From a virus (taxonomy: Duplodnaviria > Caudoviricetes): 50,775 nucleotides of DNA. Below, piece by piece: positions 8,882 to 18,139 of the stretch (its first letter is position 1; each line of letters starts with the position of its first letter). The translations under genes and the position numbers were made by a program. Location of the stretch: positions 1 through 50,775 of the IMG/VR virus record IMGVR_UViG_3300031823_000009. The stretch is one strand, 5' to 3'. The notes beneath the pieces are model-generated. The model saw only the letters and a program-made list of their open reading frames with translations, had not been told where the DNA came from and ran no database searches.

Positions 8882-9097
8882 ATGAACGAAGAGATTATTG
8901 CGCGTTCGCAGAAACGGCTTGACGTGCTTACGGAAGGCCTTCGTGAGGTCGTCGGCGAGCTGATTGATGCGCTCGTCGCTCAGAACGCGGCTATCGAAAA
9001 ACTGCAGAAAGAGCTGGTGGATATCATTCCCGTTCGTGCGGCTCTTGACAAGCTGTGTGAGGAGAATACTTGGCCGAAGTATCTTCCGCGCTCTTGA
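8882..9097 (+). CDS. Hypothetical coiled-coil protein
   Basis: Heptad-like 71-aa ORF in operon context. Confidence 0.65.
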   Translation: MNEEIIARSQKRLDVLTEGLREVVGELIDALVAQNAAIEKLQKELVDIIPVRAALDKLCEENTWPKYLPRS

Positions 9098-9122
9098 CAA
9101 GTCTCGCGAATCGGTATAGGCA
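9094..9122 (+). promoter_or_regulatory. Sigma70-like promoter, copy 1
   Basis: TTGACA-AGTCTCGCGAATCGGTA-TAGGCA. Confidence 0.65.
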
Positions 9123-9282
9123 TGGTTTTGGAAGTGGTGACAAGGTGCTGCAAGGCTGCGTGATTGCTTCTTAAGCTACCGTTGGGTGGGTGAGCGCGCT
9201 CGAAAGGCTTACCCTTGGTACGCGTTGGGAGGGGAGGTACTCAAGTGACCGGTCCACAGCCAAACTTGATTACCGACCCGAC

Positions 9283-9311
9283 TTGACAAGTCCCGCGAAT
9301 CGATCTAGACA
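9283..9311 (+). promoter_or_regulatory. Sigma70-like promoter, copy 2 (near duplicate of copy 1)
   Basis: TTGACA-AGTCCCGCGAATCGATC-TAGACA. Confidence 0.65.
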
Positions 9312-9401
9312 GGTATCGTTCAGAGACTAAGTCGGACTCGAGTCGGGATCCCCGGCGCCGCCTAATGCCTAAGGGTCCCGACTCAAACGCTGGAGAGCGA
9401 C

Positions 9402-9803
9402 ATGCAAAACCACCGAACACCGTCTGAAATCAAAATCGCGCTTGATGCTATCGTCGCCGAGCTTGCGACGCTCGAGGTCGCGACTGTTGCGGATGACGAG
9501 CTTGTGCCGCTTGCCAAGGCAACGCAGGCGATCGTCGGCTTTGCTCAGATCATTGATCGGCGAATCACGGCGCGCGCTATCGACGACGGCGTGCTCGTGC
9601 CTGGCGCGGCTCTGAAGCCGGGAACCACCCATCGCAAGTGGCATGATCCTGTGACTGCAGCGGAGTTGGCATTTAAGTCGTTCGGTCTCAACGCGTTTAA
9701 GCTCGACACGCCGGCTGCGCTCGAAAAGCTTGGCGACGAAGGTAAGGCATTGGTTGCTGTTGCGTCGTATAAGCCCGAAGCGTGCGGACGTGTGGTATAC
9801 TGA
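9402..9803 (+). CDS. Stand-alone paralog of the C-terminal domain of the DUF2800/Cas4-like nuclease
   Basis: GAALKPGTTHRKWHD...TPAALEKLG aligns by eye with GAALKPVHAWRVWND...TPAQAEKLG of 49055..50005. Confidence 0.7.
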   Translation: MQNHRTPSEIKIALDAIVAELATLEVATVADDELVPLAKATQAIVGFAQIIDRRITARAIDDGVLVPGAALKPGTTHRKWHDPVTAAELAFKSFGLNAFKLDTPAALEKLGDEGKALVAVASYKPEACGRVVY

Positions 9804-9829
9804 TATTTGACGTAGGTGTATAGTTTGCT

Positions 9830-10024
9830 ATGAAATCTATCGATATGTGTCTTATTCAAGCGCGTCTCAAGAGGATTAAGGAGGCGTTACAAGAGGAAAA
9901 TTTGCGTCATCAGGAGAGAATTAAGGCTTTTACGCAGGAATTAGAAGAATTGATGATTGCCGAGCGCGTCGTTTCGAGATTAGTTCATGATGGGGAGACT
10001 AAAGATGATGATTGTTTGGATTGA
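9830..10024 (+). CDS. Hypothetical coiled-coil protein
   Basis: 64-aa E/K/L-rich ORF. Confidence 0.6.
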   Translation: MKSIDMCLIQARLKRIKEALQEENLRHQERIKAFTQELEELMIAERVVSRLVHDGETKDDDCLD

Positions 10025-10160
10025 TCCGCGACTTTCCGGAGGCTGCAGTAAGGGCCACGGTATTGTTAAGTGCTTCGTGCCTAAGTGTGTTGCCGAAGGG
10101 AAATGCGTTTATAGCCTGCAATTCGGCAATCTGCCTTTAGGAAAAATGCTATGGGAGTGA
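10005..10160 (+). CDS. Small Cys-rich protein (51 aa, unlisted)
   Basis: GGGGAG RBS; MMIVWIDPRLSGGCSKGHGIVKCFVPKCVAEGKCVYSLQFGNLPLGKMLWE. Confidence 0.55.
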   Translation: MMIVWIDPRLSGGCSKGHGIVKCFVPKCVAEGKCVYSLQFGNLPLGKMLWE

Positions 10161-10259
10161 CAGATCCGTGTCCGACGTGTACGCTAATTGTGGTCGGGGC
10201 GTTAGGGTTGTTGTTAGCGCTCGGCGGGATTTCGCTTTTTCTTCTGACTTGGTGATGCC

Positions 10260-10442
10260 ATGGGAGTGACAGAACGTACTCTACGTGATCGCACGACACG
10301 GCTGCGGAACCGGCTTGATGCTAGACTGCACTACATTAACAAGCCGCCTCATCCATCGTCGGATGAAAACATTCGCGAACTGATCGGCGTGATGAAAGGG
10401 ATTCTCGATATAATTGATGATTATGGAGTTATCCGAGATTAA
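10260..10442 (+). CDS. Hypothetical protein
   Basis: 60-aa ORF in operon context. Confidence 0.6.
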   Translation: MGVTERTLRDRTTRLRNRLDARLHYINKPPHPSSDENIRELIGVMKGILDIIDDYGVIRD

Positions 10443-10467
10443 AACCGCACTCGACGGGAGGGAATGC

Positions 10468-10662
10468 ATGACGTATACTGAATTTAAGGCTCTGCAGTCA
10501 GGTGACCGGATTGTCAATCCCATGACGAGCGGTCACGGCGTTGTTGACTCGATCGATGAAAAAGGCGTCAAAGTGCGGTGGGGCAGTAGTCCGCTGACGC
10601 GGTACTACCCCGCCATGACGACGGCGTGGATGCACTGGATGCGTGAAGATCAGAATACCTGA
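10468..10662 (+). CDS. Hypothetical protein (SH3/KOW-like beta domain)
   Basis: GGGAGG RBS before MTYTEFKALQSGDRIVNP..GHGVVDSIDEKGVKVRW. Confidence 0.6.
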   Translation: MTYTEFKALQSGDRIVNPMTSGHGVVDSIDEKGVKVRWGSSPLTRYYPAMTTAWMHWMREDQNT

Positions 10663-10983
10663 ACGAGGGCATTCCCTGTCGGTTACGGTGGGAGTCGGCA
10701 GCTTTCAGAAATGCATTCTCCGGCCTCGTTCAGGGCACCATGAGACCGGTCAAGGATGCAGACCCGCCGCTTACTGCAACCAAGGAGGTTTGCATGGATC
10801 GCAAGTAAACTACAGTAAAACAGGCCAGCTAAAAAGACAATGATTAGACTGACGAAGCACTGCGCAAATTGCTTTTGCGGCGCGTAAGCAATCAAGGAGG
10901 TTTATCATGTAATCGGCATCTAAAAATAGCTTAGATAGTCGCCAGTCCTGAGCATGACTATAAAAGGCTCAAGGAGTCGCGCC

Positions 10984-11178
10984 ATGAAAGTCGTTGAGAA
11001 GACCGCGTTCTGGACTAGGGCCCGGGATGATCACTTGCGTGCTTTTTACAATGATCGGATTCATGTTGATCCTGCGATACTTGCTTACGCGCTCGGCGTG
11101 ACTGGTCAAAATAAGGCTCGACGTGTGGTGCGGCGGCTTTGTGATCTTGGACTGCGTAAATTGGTGAGGTACCCATAA
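10984..11178 (+). CDS. GcrA N-terminal-like helix-turn-helix protein
   Basis: WTRARDDHLRAFY...ILAYALGVT...VVRRLCDLGLR resembles the GcrA pattern WT.ER...L..LW..G.SA..IA..LG.VTRNAV.GKV.RLGL; AAGGAG RBS. Confidence 0.45.
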   Translation: MKVVEKTAFWTRARDDHLRAFYNDRIHVDPAILAYALGVTGQNKARRVVRRLCDLGLRKLVRYP

Positions 11179-11275
11179 GGCTTCGCCATTGAAACACAGA
11201 GACCGCGGTTTTCCACCAAGTCCTATCGTTAACTTGTCCGGAAAGCTCAGAATTCAACAAAGGAGATATCGTATC

Positions 11276-11593
11276 ATGGCGACTGTAACGCTTACCTTTA
11301 CCGATCCCACCACCCGTACGGACGGCTCGGCGCTTCCCCCTGCCAGCATAGCGAGCGTGGACATCTTTGATTCCGTAGATGGCAATCGCGCTTCGCAGAT
11401 CGGTACGGTGCAGACCACTGGTTTGACTTTTACAACTGGGGTTCTACCCGCTGGCGTTCACGCTTTCACCGCGGTGGTTAACGATACCACTGGGCACTCA
11501 TCAGCGGCAAGCAACGTCGTAACCTTGACAGTGGTGACAACGATCGCGCCGCCGTCTCCCATCACAGATTTGGCGGGAGTGTTGAACCCGTAA
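11276..11593 (+). CDS. Small fibronectin type III / Ig-like protein
   Basis: AAGGAG RBS; VTLTFTDPTTRTDGSAL...F.AVVNDTTGHSSAASN pattern; Thr-rich. Confidence 0.65.
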   Translation: MATVTLTFTDPTTRTDGSALPPASIASVDIFDSVDGNRASQIGTVQTTGLTFTTGVLPAGVHAFTAVVNDTTGHSSAASNVVTLTVVTTIAPPSPITDLAGVLNP

Positions 11594-11664
11594 TGAGCAC
11601 AATGAGAGTTGGGATATTTCGAGGCCTGTTTATGGGCTTTAGTGGTTTGATTGGAGGCATCCAA

Positions 11665-13248
11665 ATGAATTTGGTTATTTTCTGCATAGCTGTGCTAAGT
11701 GCCGTTCCAGCTTTTGCTCAGACTACAATCTATGCAGAGGGGGCTCCGATTTCAACGGAGGTGGGATCCGAGTTCACTATGAATTATTCATTTGGTGCGA
11801 TGCCGCTCGCAAGGAATTATACAGTCTTCGCCCAATTCGTAAACTCGGCGGGAGCCATAGTGTTTGCAGACTCATACTTCCCCTCGCCGGGAACATCTGT
11901 ATGGACTGGTGCGACGATGGTCAGCCGTAGGCTGACAGTACCGGCTACAGTGGCGCCGGGCAAATATTCGATTGTCGTCGGCCTTTACTACCCTCCGACC
12001 GGAGAGCGAGTCGGATTAGTGACTGGCCTCGGGGTCACGCAGTTCGGCTATCTGGATTACAACATCGGGAACCTCATGGTGTCTGCCGCGGTATCCGTCA
12101 CAGCGCCAGCCCCAGCCGTTACTGCGGGCTTCACAACGCTGGCTGCGAACTATGACTTTACTAAGCCCATGGCGGCGGATTGGCTTGATTGTTATCCCAA
12201 TGATGGGAAATCGCATCAGTTTTGGGCTGGATATTGGTATCGAACAGATATTCCGCCCTGCAACCAGTCTATCAATCTGGTGAATGACAAGGTCGCGGGG
12301 TCGCAAGTTTTGGACATGACTTGGAAACCTTCCTTCTATGGGATGGACCAAGGCTACACAGAGATTCAAACGGCTAGTCATGACGGAAGCCTGGCGACTG
12401 ACTTTCCCCCCAATGTCTATTTCGAAACGACTTATCGGGTTGAAACAACTCCAAATATCAACCTGTTGAATTGGGCCGATGTGGGTGGAAGTTTCTGGGG
12501 CATCTATACCTGGCCCACGGTCGGTATTGCCAAGCAGCTCCCAGGACTTGAAACCGACATTACCGAGGATCACGGGGACTTTCCCAGCTATGTGACCGGT
12601 GGCGGGTATTTTAATTGGGCCGCTGGCGGGTGCCCGAATTGCGGCGGCTTTGGTGGGGTGAGCGGCTTCGATCCGAGGCAATATCACACGGCGGGATTGC
12701 TGGTCACTAGTGACGGCAGCACTAGCATGGCCGTCTGCGGATATCTCGATGGCATACCCCATGGCTGTCGCAATGTTCTTAAACCGACTGTGGGAGATTT
12801 CTCCTACAGAAATTTTCTAATACTTATCAACGGAATTGGTTGTAATTACTATGCGGGAGATAATAGCTGTTTGAATGCGACTATTACGAATGTCTACGCA
12901 TGTCCCGCGCCAAATGCGGGGAAGATTTGCATTTCTCCGCGGACCTCGAGTCTATCGTGGAATGGCGCCGGTCACTGGATTGTTGAAGCGCAAAACAATC
13001 CTACGGTCATGATTTCTGGCGTCAATGGAGTGCCCGGTGCCAACGGTGTTTTTACCATGACTTTTTCTGGAACTTATAACGGAGATTGGGTTCTGAACGG
13101 GACGACATTCTCCGGAGCCTATACGGGTGGGGGAGAACTGAATCAGTACACGCAAACCGACATGTATGTGAAGAATGCTCGCGTGTGGAGTTGTGCGGGC
13201 TGGTCTTCTGGCTTATGCAATCGATCAGTGATAACAATTGCTCCGTAG
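11665..13248 (+). CDS. Secreted GH16-like (beta-jelly-roll) glycoside hydrolase or adhesin with N-terminal Ig-like domain
   Basis: GGAGG RBS; signal peptide MNLVIFCIAVLSAVPAFA-Q; ExDxxE motif (ETDITE), YHTAG and MYVKNARVW typical of GH16. Confidence 0.6.
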   Translation: MNLVIFCIAVLSAVPAFAQTTIYAEGAPISTEVGSEFTMNYSFGAMPLARNYTVFAQFVNSAGAIVFADSYFPSPGTSVWTGATMVSRRLTVPATVAPGKYSIVVGLYYPPTGERVGLVTGLGVTQFGYLDYNIGNLMVSAAVSVTAPAPAVTAGFTTLAANYDFTKPMAADWLDCYPNDGKSHQFWAGYWYRTDIPPCNQSINLVNDKVAGSQVLDMTWKPSFYGMDQGYTEIQTASHDGSLATDFPPNVYFETTYRVETTPNINLLNWADVGGSFWGIYTWPTVGIAKQLPGLETDITEDHGDFPSYVTGGGYFNWAAGGCPNCGGFGGVSGFDPRQYHTAGLLVTSDGSTSMAVCGYLDGIPHGCRNVLKPTVGDFSYRNFLILINGIGCNYYAGDNSCLNATITNVYACPAPNAGKICISPRTSSLSWNGAGHWIVEAQNNPTVMISGVNGVPGANGVFTMTFSGTYNGDWVLNGTTFSGAYTGGGELNQYTQTDMYVKNARVWSCAGWSSGLCNRSVITIAP

Positions 13249-13314
13249 CAGTCGAACATTGTTTATGATATGAATCAGTTCATGAATGACGGGCGATAGA
13301 CGTGGAGTTGATTA

Positions 13315-13647
13315 ATGGTAGATGTTCCATTCAAGACATACCAAGCTCTCGTAACGCGCCTGCACGAATATGGAAGAGCTGTCGCTGTTCTTGGTGGGAT
13401 GAACGACTTAGACGTGGCTTTGCATACGGCGGCAGGCGCCATAGACTTGCTGCAAAAGCACGTACCAGAAAGTGAGCGAGTCGAAATAGGTGGCTGGGAG
13501 GATACAGACCTGCCGGTAGAACTGGCACCTGGCTGCTGTTCGGCGATCAATCCATGCCCGCATCAGCAGTTGTATCCTGATTCTCTTTGTGATGTCTGTC
13601 GGGATCCGTGCGTCCAAAGGTGTGCGTTGTTGCGATTGATTGGATGA
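13315..13647 (+). CDS. Hypothetical protein with C-terminal Cys cluster
   Basis: GGAG RBS; CC..CPH..CDVC..C. Confidence 0.6.
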   Translation: MVDVPFKTYQALVTRLHEYGRAVAVLGGMNDLDVALHTAAGAIDLLQKHVPESERVEIGGWEDTDLPVELAPGCCSAINPCPHQQLYPDSLCDVCRDPCVQRCALLRLIG

Positions 13648-13692
13648 TGCGGATGCTTGGCAGCGCGCGTCGTTCGTGGTACGAATCAGTCC

Positions 13693-16600
13693 ATGAGCGA
13701 CGCATTCGGATCAAGCTACGGCCCCCCTCCTGCGCCCCAGCAACCTGCTTTTGGCAGTTCGTTCCTTGATTCGGCCATGCAAGCTGGGAAGTCGTTTCTG
13801 GGGGCATTCATGGGGCCGCAGTACAAGCCGACGAATCCAAATGCATCGCCGCTCGACCAATCGGCGGACCTGCTACAGCAGCGAATCAATCAGGCCAGTA
13901 GCATTGCTACGAATCCGTTTGCTCAGATGTGGTCGCCCGAAAAGGTGCAAGCCGCCCGAAATTTCGTGCCGCAGGCGACGGAGCAATTGCAGGCGATTAA
14001 CAATCAGCGCCAGCATCAAGCGGATATCAGGCAAGCGGCCATAAACAGGGGACTTAGAAATCCCGATCAATTCGGGCCTTCGGCAACCGACACCACGCTT
14101 AACGAAGAATCATTGCGTCAATGGAAGGACGAAGGCAATCCTGACGCTTACAAAGCATTACAAGGTGCAGGGGATGAGTGGGCAAACCGTGCAAATCTGT
14201 ACATGCCCGAGGCGATGGAAAAATTTTCTCAGCGCATCAATGCTGCACAAGACGCTATCAAGACTCTAGACGGCGCAGCCAACCCAAAGATGGGCGCACA
14301 AGCGTACGTTCAAAAACGGCAACAGGTTGTAGGTCAGCTCACACAGTTTGGAATCAAGGATAGCGATATTCCGCAGAAAGCAGACGGGTGGAGGTTAGCC
14401 AAGGGTCCGCTGCAGGCGCAGCTTAATCAAGCACTGGGCGTGTTGAACCAGTTCAACGCATCGCAAGACAGGCTAGGACAAGCCGTTCCTATCACGGATG
14501 ACAAGGTTGCATCGCGGATCGAAGGGTCGTTCATGTTTTCGAACACTGAACCGATACCTGGATTCAAGGCTGTAACGCTGCCCGGGAAAGGCGGCGTATC
14601 TGGCGCCATGGGGCCGCCCGGGTCGTTCGATACGACCAAGCGCGGCATGGGCGGTCCCGGCGGATGGTCGAATGCGCCGCCTGCACAGATCAAAACCGTA
14701 CAAGACCAGTTAGGTACGAAAGAAGTAGAAGGCGCCATCAATAAGTACAAGAGTGCGCGTGATTTCTACGATACGACGCATGATGACAAGCTGTACACGT
14801 CTGCAGCTGGCATCGCGATGATTCAGGACAAGACGGGTGGCGTGCTGCGCAACGTCTCGGAGGAGGCGAAAGGTTCGGGCACCATCGGTTATACGAAGAT
14901 GCTTGAACGCCAATTTGGTTCAGTCGAAGGCGCGCGCAACGAACTGGCCAAGGAATCTTCGGCGCTTAAAGAGTGGCTGGGCAGACCTGCGGATAAGCGT
15001 CTTTCGCCACCTTCGATCGAGGGCTTCAAATACATTTCGGAATTCGAACACGGTATGGCGTTGAAGGAATTGAATGATCGTCTTGGACAGCCATTGGAGA
15101 CGGCGGGCCGTTACGGTATGAAGCTGCAAAACCTTGGGCTCGACAAGGAAGTCACGAGTCAGCCCGATCTGTACAACACCTGGAACAACGCGAGGATTGC
15201 CGGCAACAAAGAAATCGACGGCTATCCAATGATACGGATAGACGATCAGCGGGTCATGTTACCGAAAAACAGCCACGTGCCCGGTGCGCAGGTCATGCGG
15301 CTGGACCACACTGACAACAGCGGAACTGTTCCCGGTGTACCGTCTAGCTCAGTGCCCCCGCCCGCCTCTGGCCCTGGCACTCCGCAGGGCGTACCCAATG
15401 CGGGCGGCGGTGCTGGGCCTGCCCCCTCTCCTTCCGGTACACCTAATGTGGGTGGCAGCCCAACGGCTCGGCCCCTTGGCGGTTCTCCGGTTCCCCCTGC
15501 CGCTCCTGCGGGTATTCCTAGCAGCCCGGTGGCTCCGGTTCATGGCGACCCCAATAACCCGCCGGGCCGTTGGGGCCTGACACCGGGGATGAAGCTCGAC
15601 AATCCCCAGGCCGTAGTAGCTTTGGCGAATCGCGAAATTCAGTTGGAAAGCGGCTTTCAGCCGAAGCAACGTACGGGGTCATATGTCGGGCTCGGGCAGT
15701 GGTCGCAGGAGGAAATGCAACGTCACGGCATTACGGACCCTGATGACTTGGAGCAAAACCGCACTGCGCTGCAGGCCGACATACGGACGCGGGCAGACAA
15801 GCTGCAGCGTGATGGGCTGCCCGTCACTGCGGCAAACGTCTACCTGATGCATCAGCAGGGCGAAGCCGGCTTAGAAGCGCACTTGCGCAATCCGGACGGC
15901 CTTGCTTGGCAAAATTTGAAGCCGTATTTCCGTTCAGACGCAATTGCGAAGCAGGCCGTTTGGGGCAACATGACGCCAGAAATGCGTGCTCAGTTCACAG
16001 CGCGTGGTGGTGTCAATGGCGTGACTTCCGGTGATTTCACGCGGCTGTGGGATGCGCGGACCAACGGCACGGACGGCGCCGGCTACACTATGGCGGGTCG
16101 GGGCAACATGCCACTCGCAATTCCCGAAAGCGCAAGTTCGGGGTTGGCAGCGCGCGGTCGCACTGCGCCTCGTGCGACGCAGGAACCTACGTCGCAAAGT
16201 AGGGCGGGCATGCTCGGGACAACGGGTCCTTTGATAGGTTCGTTGATTAATCGTGCCATGGAATTGGAAGGTCCGGCGATCGGTGGCACGGTTGGCGGTC
16301 TTGTCGGTGGCGCGCTTGGCGGGCCTGCGGGAATGCTTGGTGGCGGCGCGGCTGGCGGCGCGGCTGGGCAGGCCGCGAAGGATTGGCTGTCAGGGAATCC
16401 ACAGCAACCCGGTCAGATCGTCAAGCAAGGTGCCTTGCAGGGTGTTCTTGGTGTGGCGCCGGCAGGACGGCCGATTGTTGGCGCATTAGCGCGTATGGCT
16501 GGCGCGGGGGGTGTAGAAGCTGCTTCAAAATACGCGGAAGGAGGTGATCGGGCTGACGTTGTGGGAGCGGGGGTCGGCGGGGCGGCGTCTGCGGGGGCAA

Positions 16601-18123
16601 GCGAATTGTTCGGCCGCGCACTTGGCATGGTTACGCATAAAGTTTTTAGATTGTTCGGTCCCGACGCGCAAGAAGCGTTTCGTGGTGCCGCTGCAGATTT
16701 GCACGAGGCGAATGAGACGCTGAGGACCGAACCGGAGAAGTTGCCGGGCATTGCCGGTGGTGCCGAGACAGCAAATCCGAAATACGAGGCGGCGAAGGAT
16801 GCGAAGGAAAAAGCGGAATCGACGATCAAGGAAATGATTCCGACTGCAAAACCAGACGAAGTCGCGTACGCTCATAAGGTGAGTGCCGGTCCCGTGCCGA
16901 CGCCGGCTGCCGTTGCTAAGGCGGGATTTCCTGGTGCTAAGGAAAAGGCAGAACTCAGTGCCGCCTACGAGCAACTTCATGGCGAGGTAGGCGCAACTGG
17001 CGTACCGCCACCGATATCGCCGCCGAAGCTTCCGGATGGTCCGATTTCGGTTGTCGATAGCGGAAAAGTGGGGGAGCGATTCCGGGATACGGCTAAACGC
17101 GCGGAAGCTGTAGCAACGGCGCCGCGTTTCGATCCAGAGACGAAATCGCGTGATCTTCAAAAAGTTCGTTCATCGTTACTTGAAGCCGAGCAAAATGCTT
17201 TGACAAGTAATGAGTCTGATCGGGCGCAAACAGCTAAGGATATGCGCACGCTTGCCGATACCATACGTGTACAGCAAGAGAGGCTTGTGGATCACGTACT
17301 TGGGCCGGATGCGGCCAAACCATGGATTCAACGGCTTCGAACGATCGATTATCGTTATCGGCAATTGATGGATGCAACAAACGGCGGTAATTTGGAAGCT
17401 GCAGCCGGCCTTAAGGGCGAAGCTGGTCGTGAGGTTGATCGCAAGTTTCGCGCTTTTGCGCAGAATGATCCTGCAGCGGTTGCGGCTTGGAATCACATGC
17501 GCGTAAAGGCAGGCAATCCAGATGCTACTGAAAAATCTATTTTTGGCCAAATCTCACTGGAAAATTTTCCGGTTGTTGGAAAGTACCTTGCTTCGGGGGC
17601 ATCAATACTAAATCTTCGTAAATGGATGCGAGATAGGGCGGCGGGCAGTCCGGCACAATTCGGAGACTTCGTTCCCGGATATAACAATTTGAGTGGTCCT
17701 AAATCCGCACGCGATATTGCAGGAAGCAAATACGCTCGTTTCGGAGCTGACAGCGGTTGGAATCCGTTAGCAGCATCGCCTGCGCAAGCCGGTGAGATCA
17801 TACCTACGTCCCGGACGCCACTCAGTGCGGGCTCGGGCGGCGGTGTTCCAGCAAACAGTATCGGTCTGCCATCACAAGGAGCGCAGACAGTCATTTCACC
17901 TTCGTCTCTAAATGTGCAGGCAGCAATAAACAGAGCTAGTGCATATGTTAAAGGCGACAACAATGCCGGTGCCATGCAGAGAAACATCATGATCATGGAG
18001 CGCGGCGGCCCCATGGCCGAAAAGGTGGCCGATTTCGTAATGAGTACTTTCTCGCAGCATCCGTTCGAACGTACTGGCATGGTCCCTTCGGGACGTACTA
18101 TTCAGGGTGATTCTGTACGTTAA
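13693..18123 (+). CDS. Large internal virion (DNA ejection) protein with lytic transglycosylase-like domain
   Basis: About 1476 aa, A/G/Q-rich helical; IQLESG...YVGLGQW...VYLMHQQG lysozyme-fold motifs; Gly-rich GGLVGGALGG segment; Pro-rich linker. Confidence 0.75.
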   Translation: MSDAFGSSYGPPPAPQQPAFGSSFLDSAMQAGKSFLGAFMGPQYKPTNPNASPLDQSADLLQQRINQASSIATNPFAQMWSPEKVQAARNFVPQATEQLQAINNQRQHQADIRQAAINRGLRNPDQFGPSATDTTLNEESLRQWKDEGNPDAYKALQGAGDEWANRANLYMPEAMEKFSQRINAAQDAIKTLDGAANPKMGAQAYVQKRQQVVGQLTQFGIKDSDIPQKADGWRLAKGPLQAQLNQALGVLNQFNASQDRLGQAVPITDDKVASRIEGSFMFSNTEPIPGFKAVTLPGKGGVSGAMGPPGSFDTTKRGMGGPGGWSNAPPAQIKTVQDQLGTKEVEGAINKYKSARDFYDTTHDDKLYTSAAGIAMIQDKTGGVLRNVSEEAKGSGTIGYTKMLERQFGSVEGARNELAKESSALKEWLGRPADKRLSPPSIEGFKYISEFEHGMALKELNDRLGQPLETAGRYGMKLQNLGLDKEVTSQPDLYNTWNNARIAGNKEIDGYPMIRIDDQRVMLPKNSHVPGAQVMRLDHTDNSGTVPGVPSSSVPPPASGPGTPQGVPNAGGGAGPAPSPSGTPNVGGSPTARPLGGSPVPPAAPAGIPSSPVAPVHGDPNNPPGRWGLTPGMKLDNPQAVVALANREIQLESGFQPKQRTGSYVGLGQWSQEEMQRHGITDPDDLEQNRTALQADIRTRADKLQRDGLPVTAANVYLMHQQGEAGLEAHLRNPDGLAWQNLKPYFRSDAIAKQAVWGNMTPEMRAQFTARGGVNGVTSGDFTRLWDARTNGTDGAGYTMAGRGNMPLAIPESASSGLAARGRTAPRATQEPTSQSRAGMLGTTGPLIGSLINRAMELEGPAIGGTVGGLVGGALGGPAGMLGGGAAGGAAGQAAKDWLSGNPQQPGQIVKQGALQGVLGVAPAGRPIVGALARMAGAGGVEAASKYAEGGDRADVVGAGVGGAASAGASELFGRALGMVTHKVFRLFGPDAQEAFRGAAADLHEANETLRTEPEKLPGIAGGAETANPKYEAAKDAKEKAESTIKEMIPTAKPDEVAYAHKVSAGPVPTPAAVAKAGFPGAKEKAELSAAYEQLHGEVGATGVPPPISPPKLPDGPISVVDSGKVGERFRDTAKRAEAVATAPRFDPETKSRDLQKVRSSLLEAEQNALTSNESDRAQTAKDMRTLADTIRVQQERLVDHVLGPDAAKPWIQRLRTIDYRYRQLMDATNGGNLEAAAGLKGEAGREVDRKFRAFAQNDPAAVAAWNHMRVKAGNPDATEKSIFGQISLENFPVVGKYLASGASILNLRKWMRDRAAGSPAQFGDFVPGYNNLSGPKSARDIAGSKYARFGADSGWNPLAASPAQAGEIIPTSRTPLSAGSGGGVPANSIGLPSQGAQTVISPSSLNVQAAINRASAYVKGDNNAGAMQRNIMIMERGGPMAEKVADFVMSTFSQHPFERTGMVPSGRTIQGDSVR

Positions 18124-18139
18124 AGGCGGGACAGAGAAA

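Noticed and set aside
10658-10912. tmRNA (one- or two-piece)
   Set aside because: CACCA is present but there is no T-arm consensus, no GGGG(C/G) 5' acceptor strand and no ANDN...AA-like tag frame.
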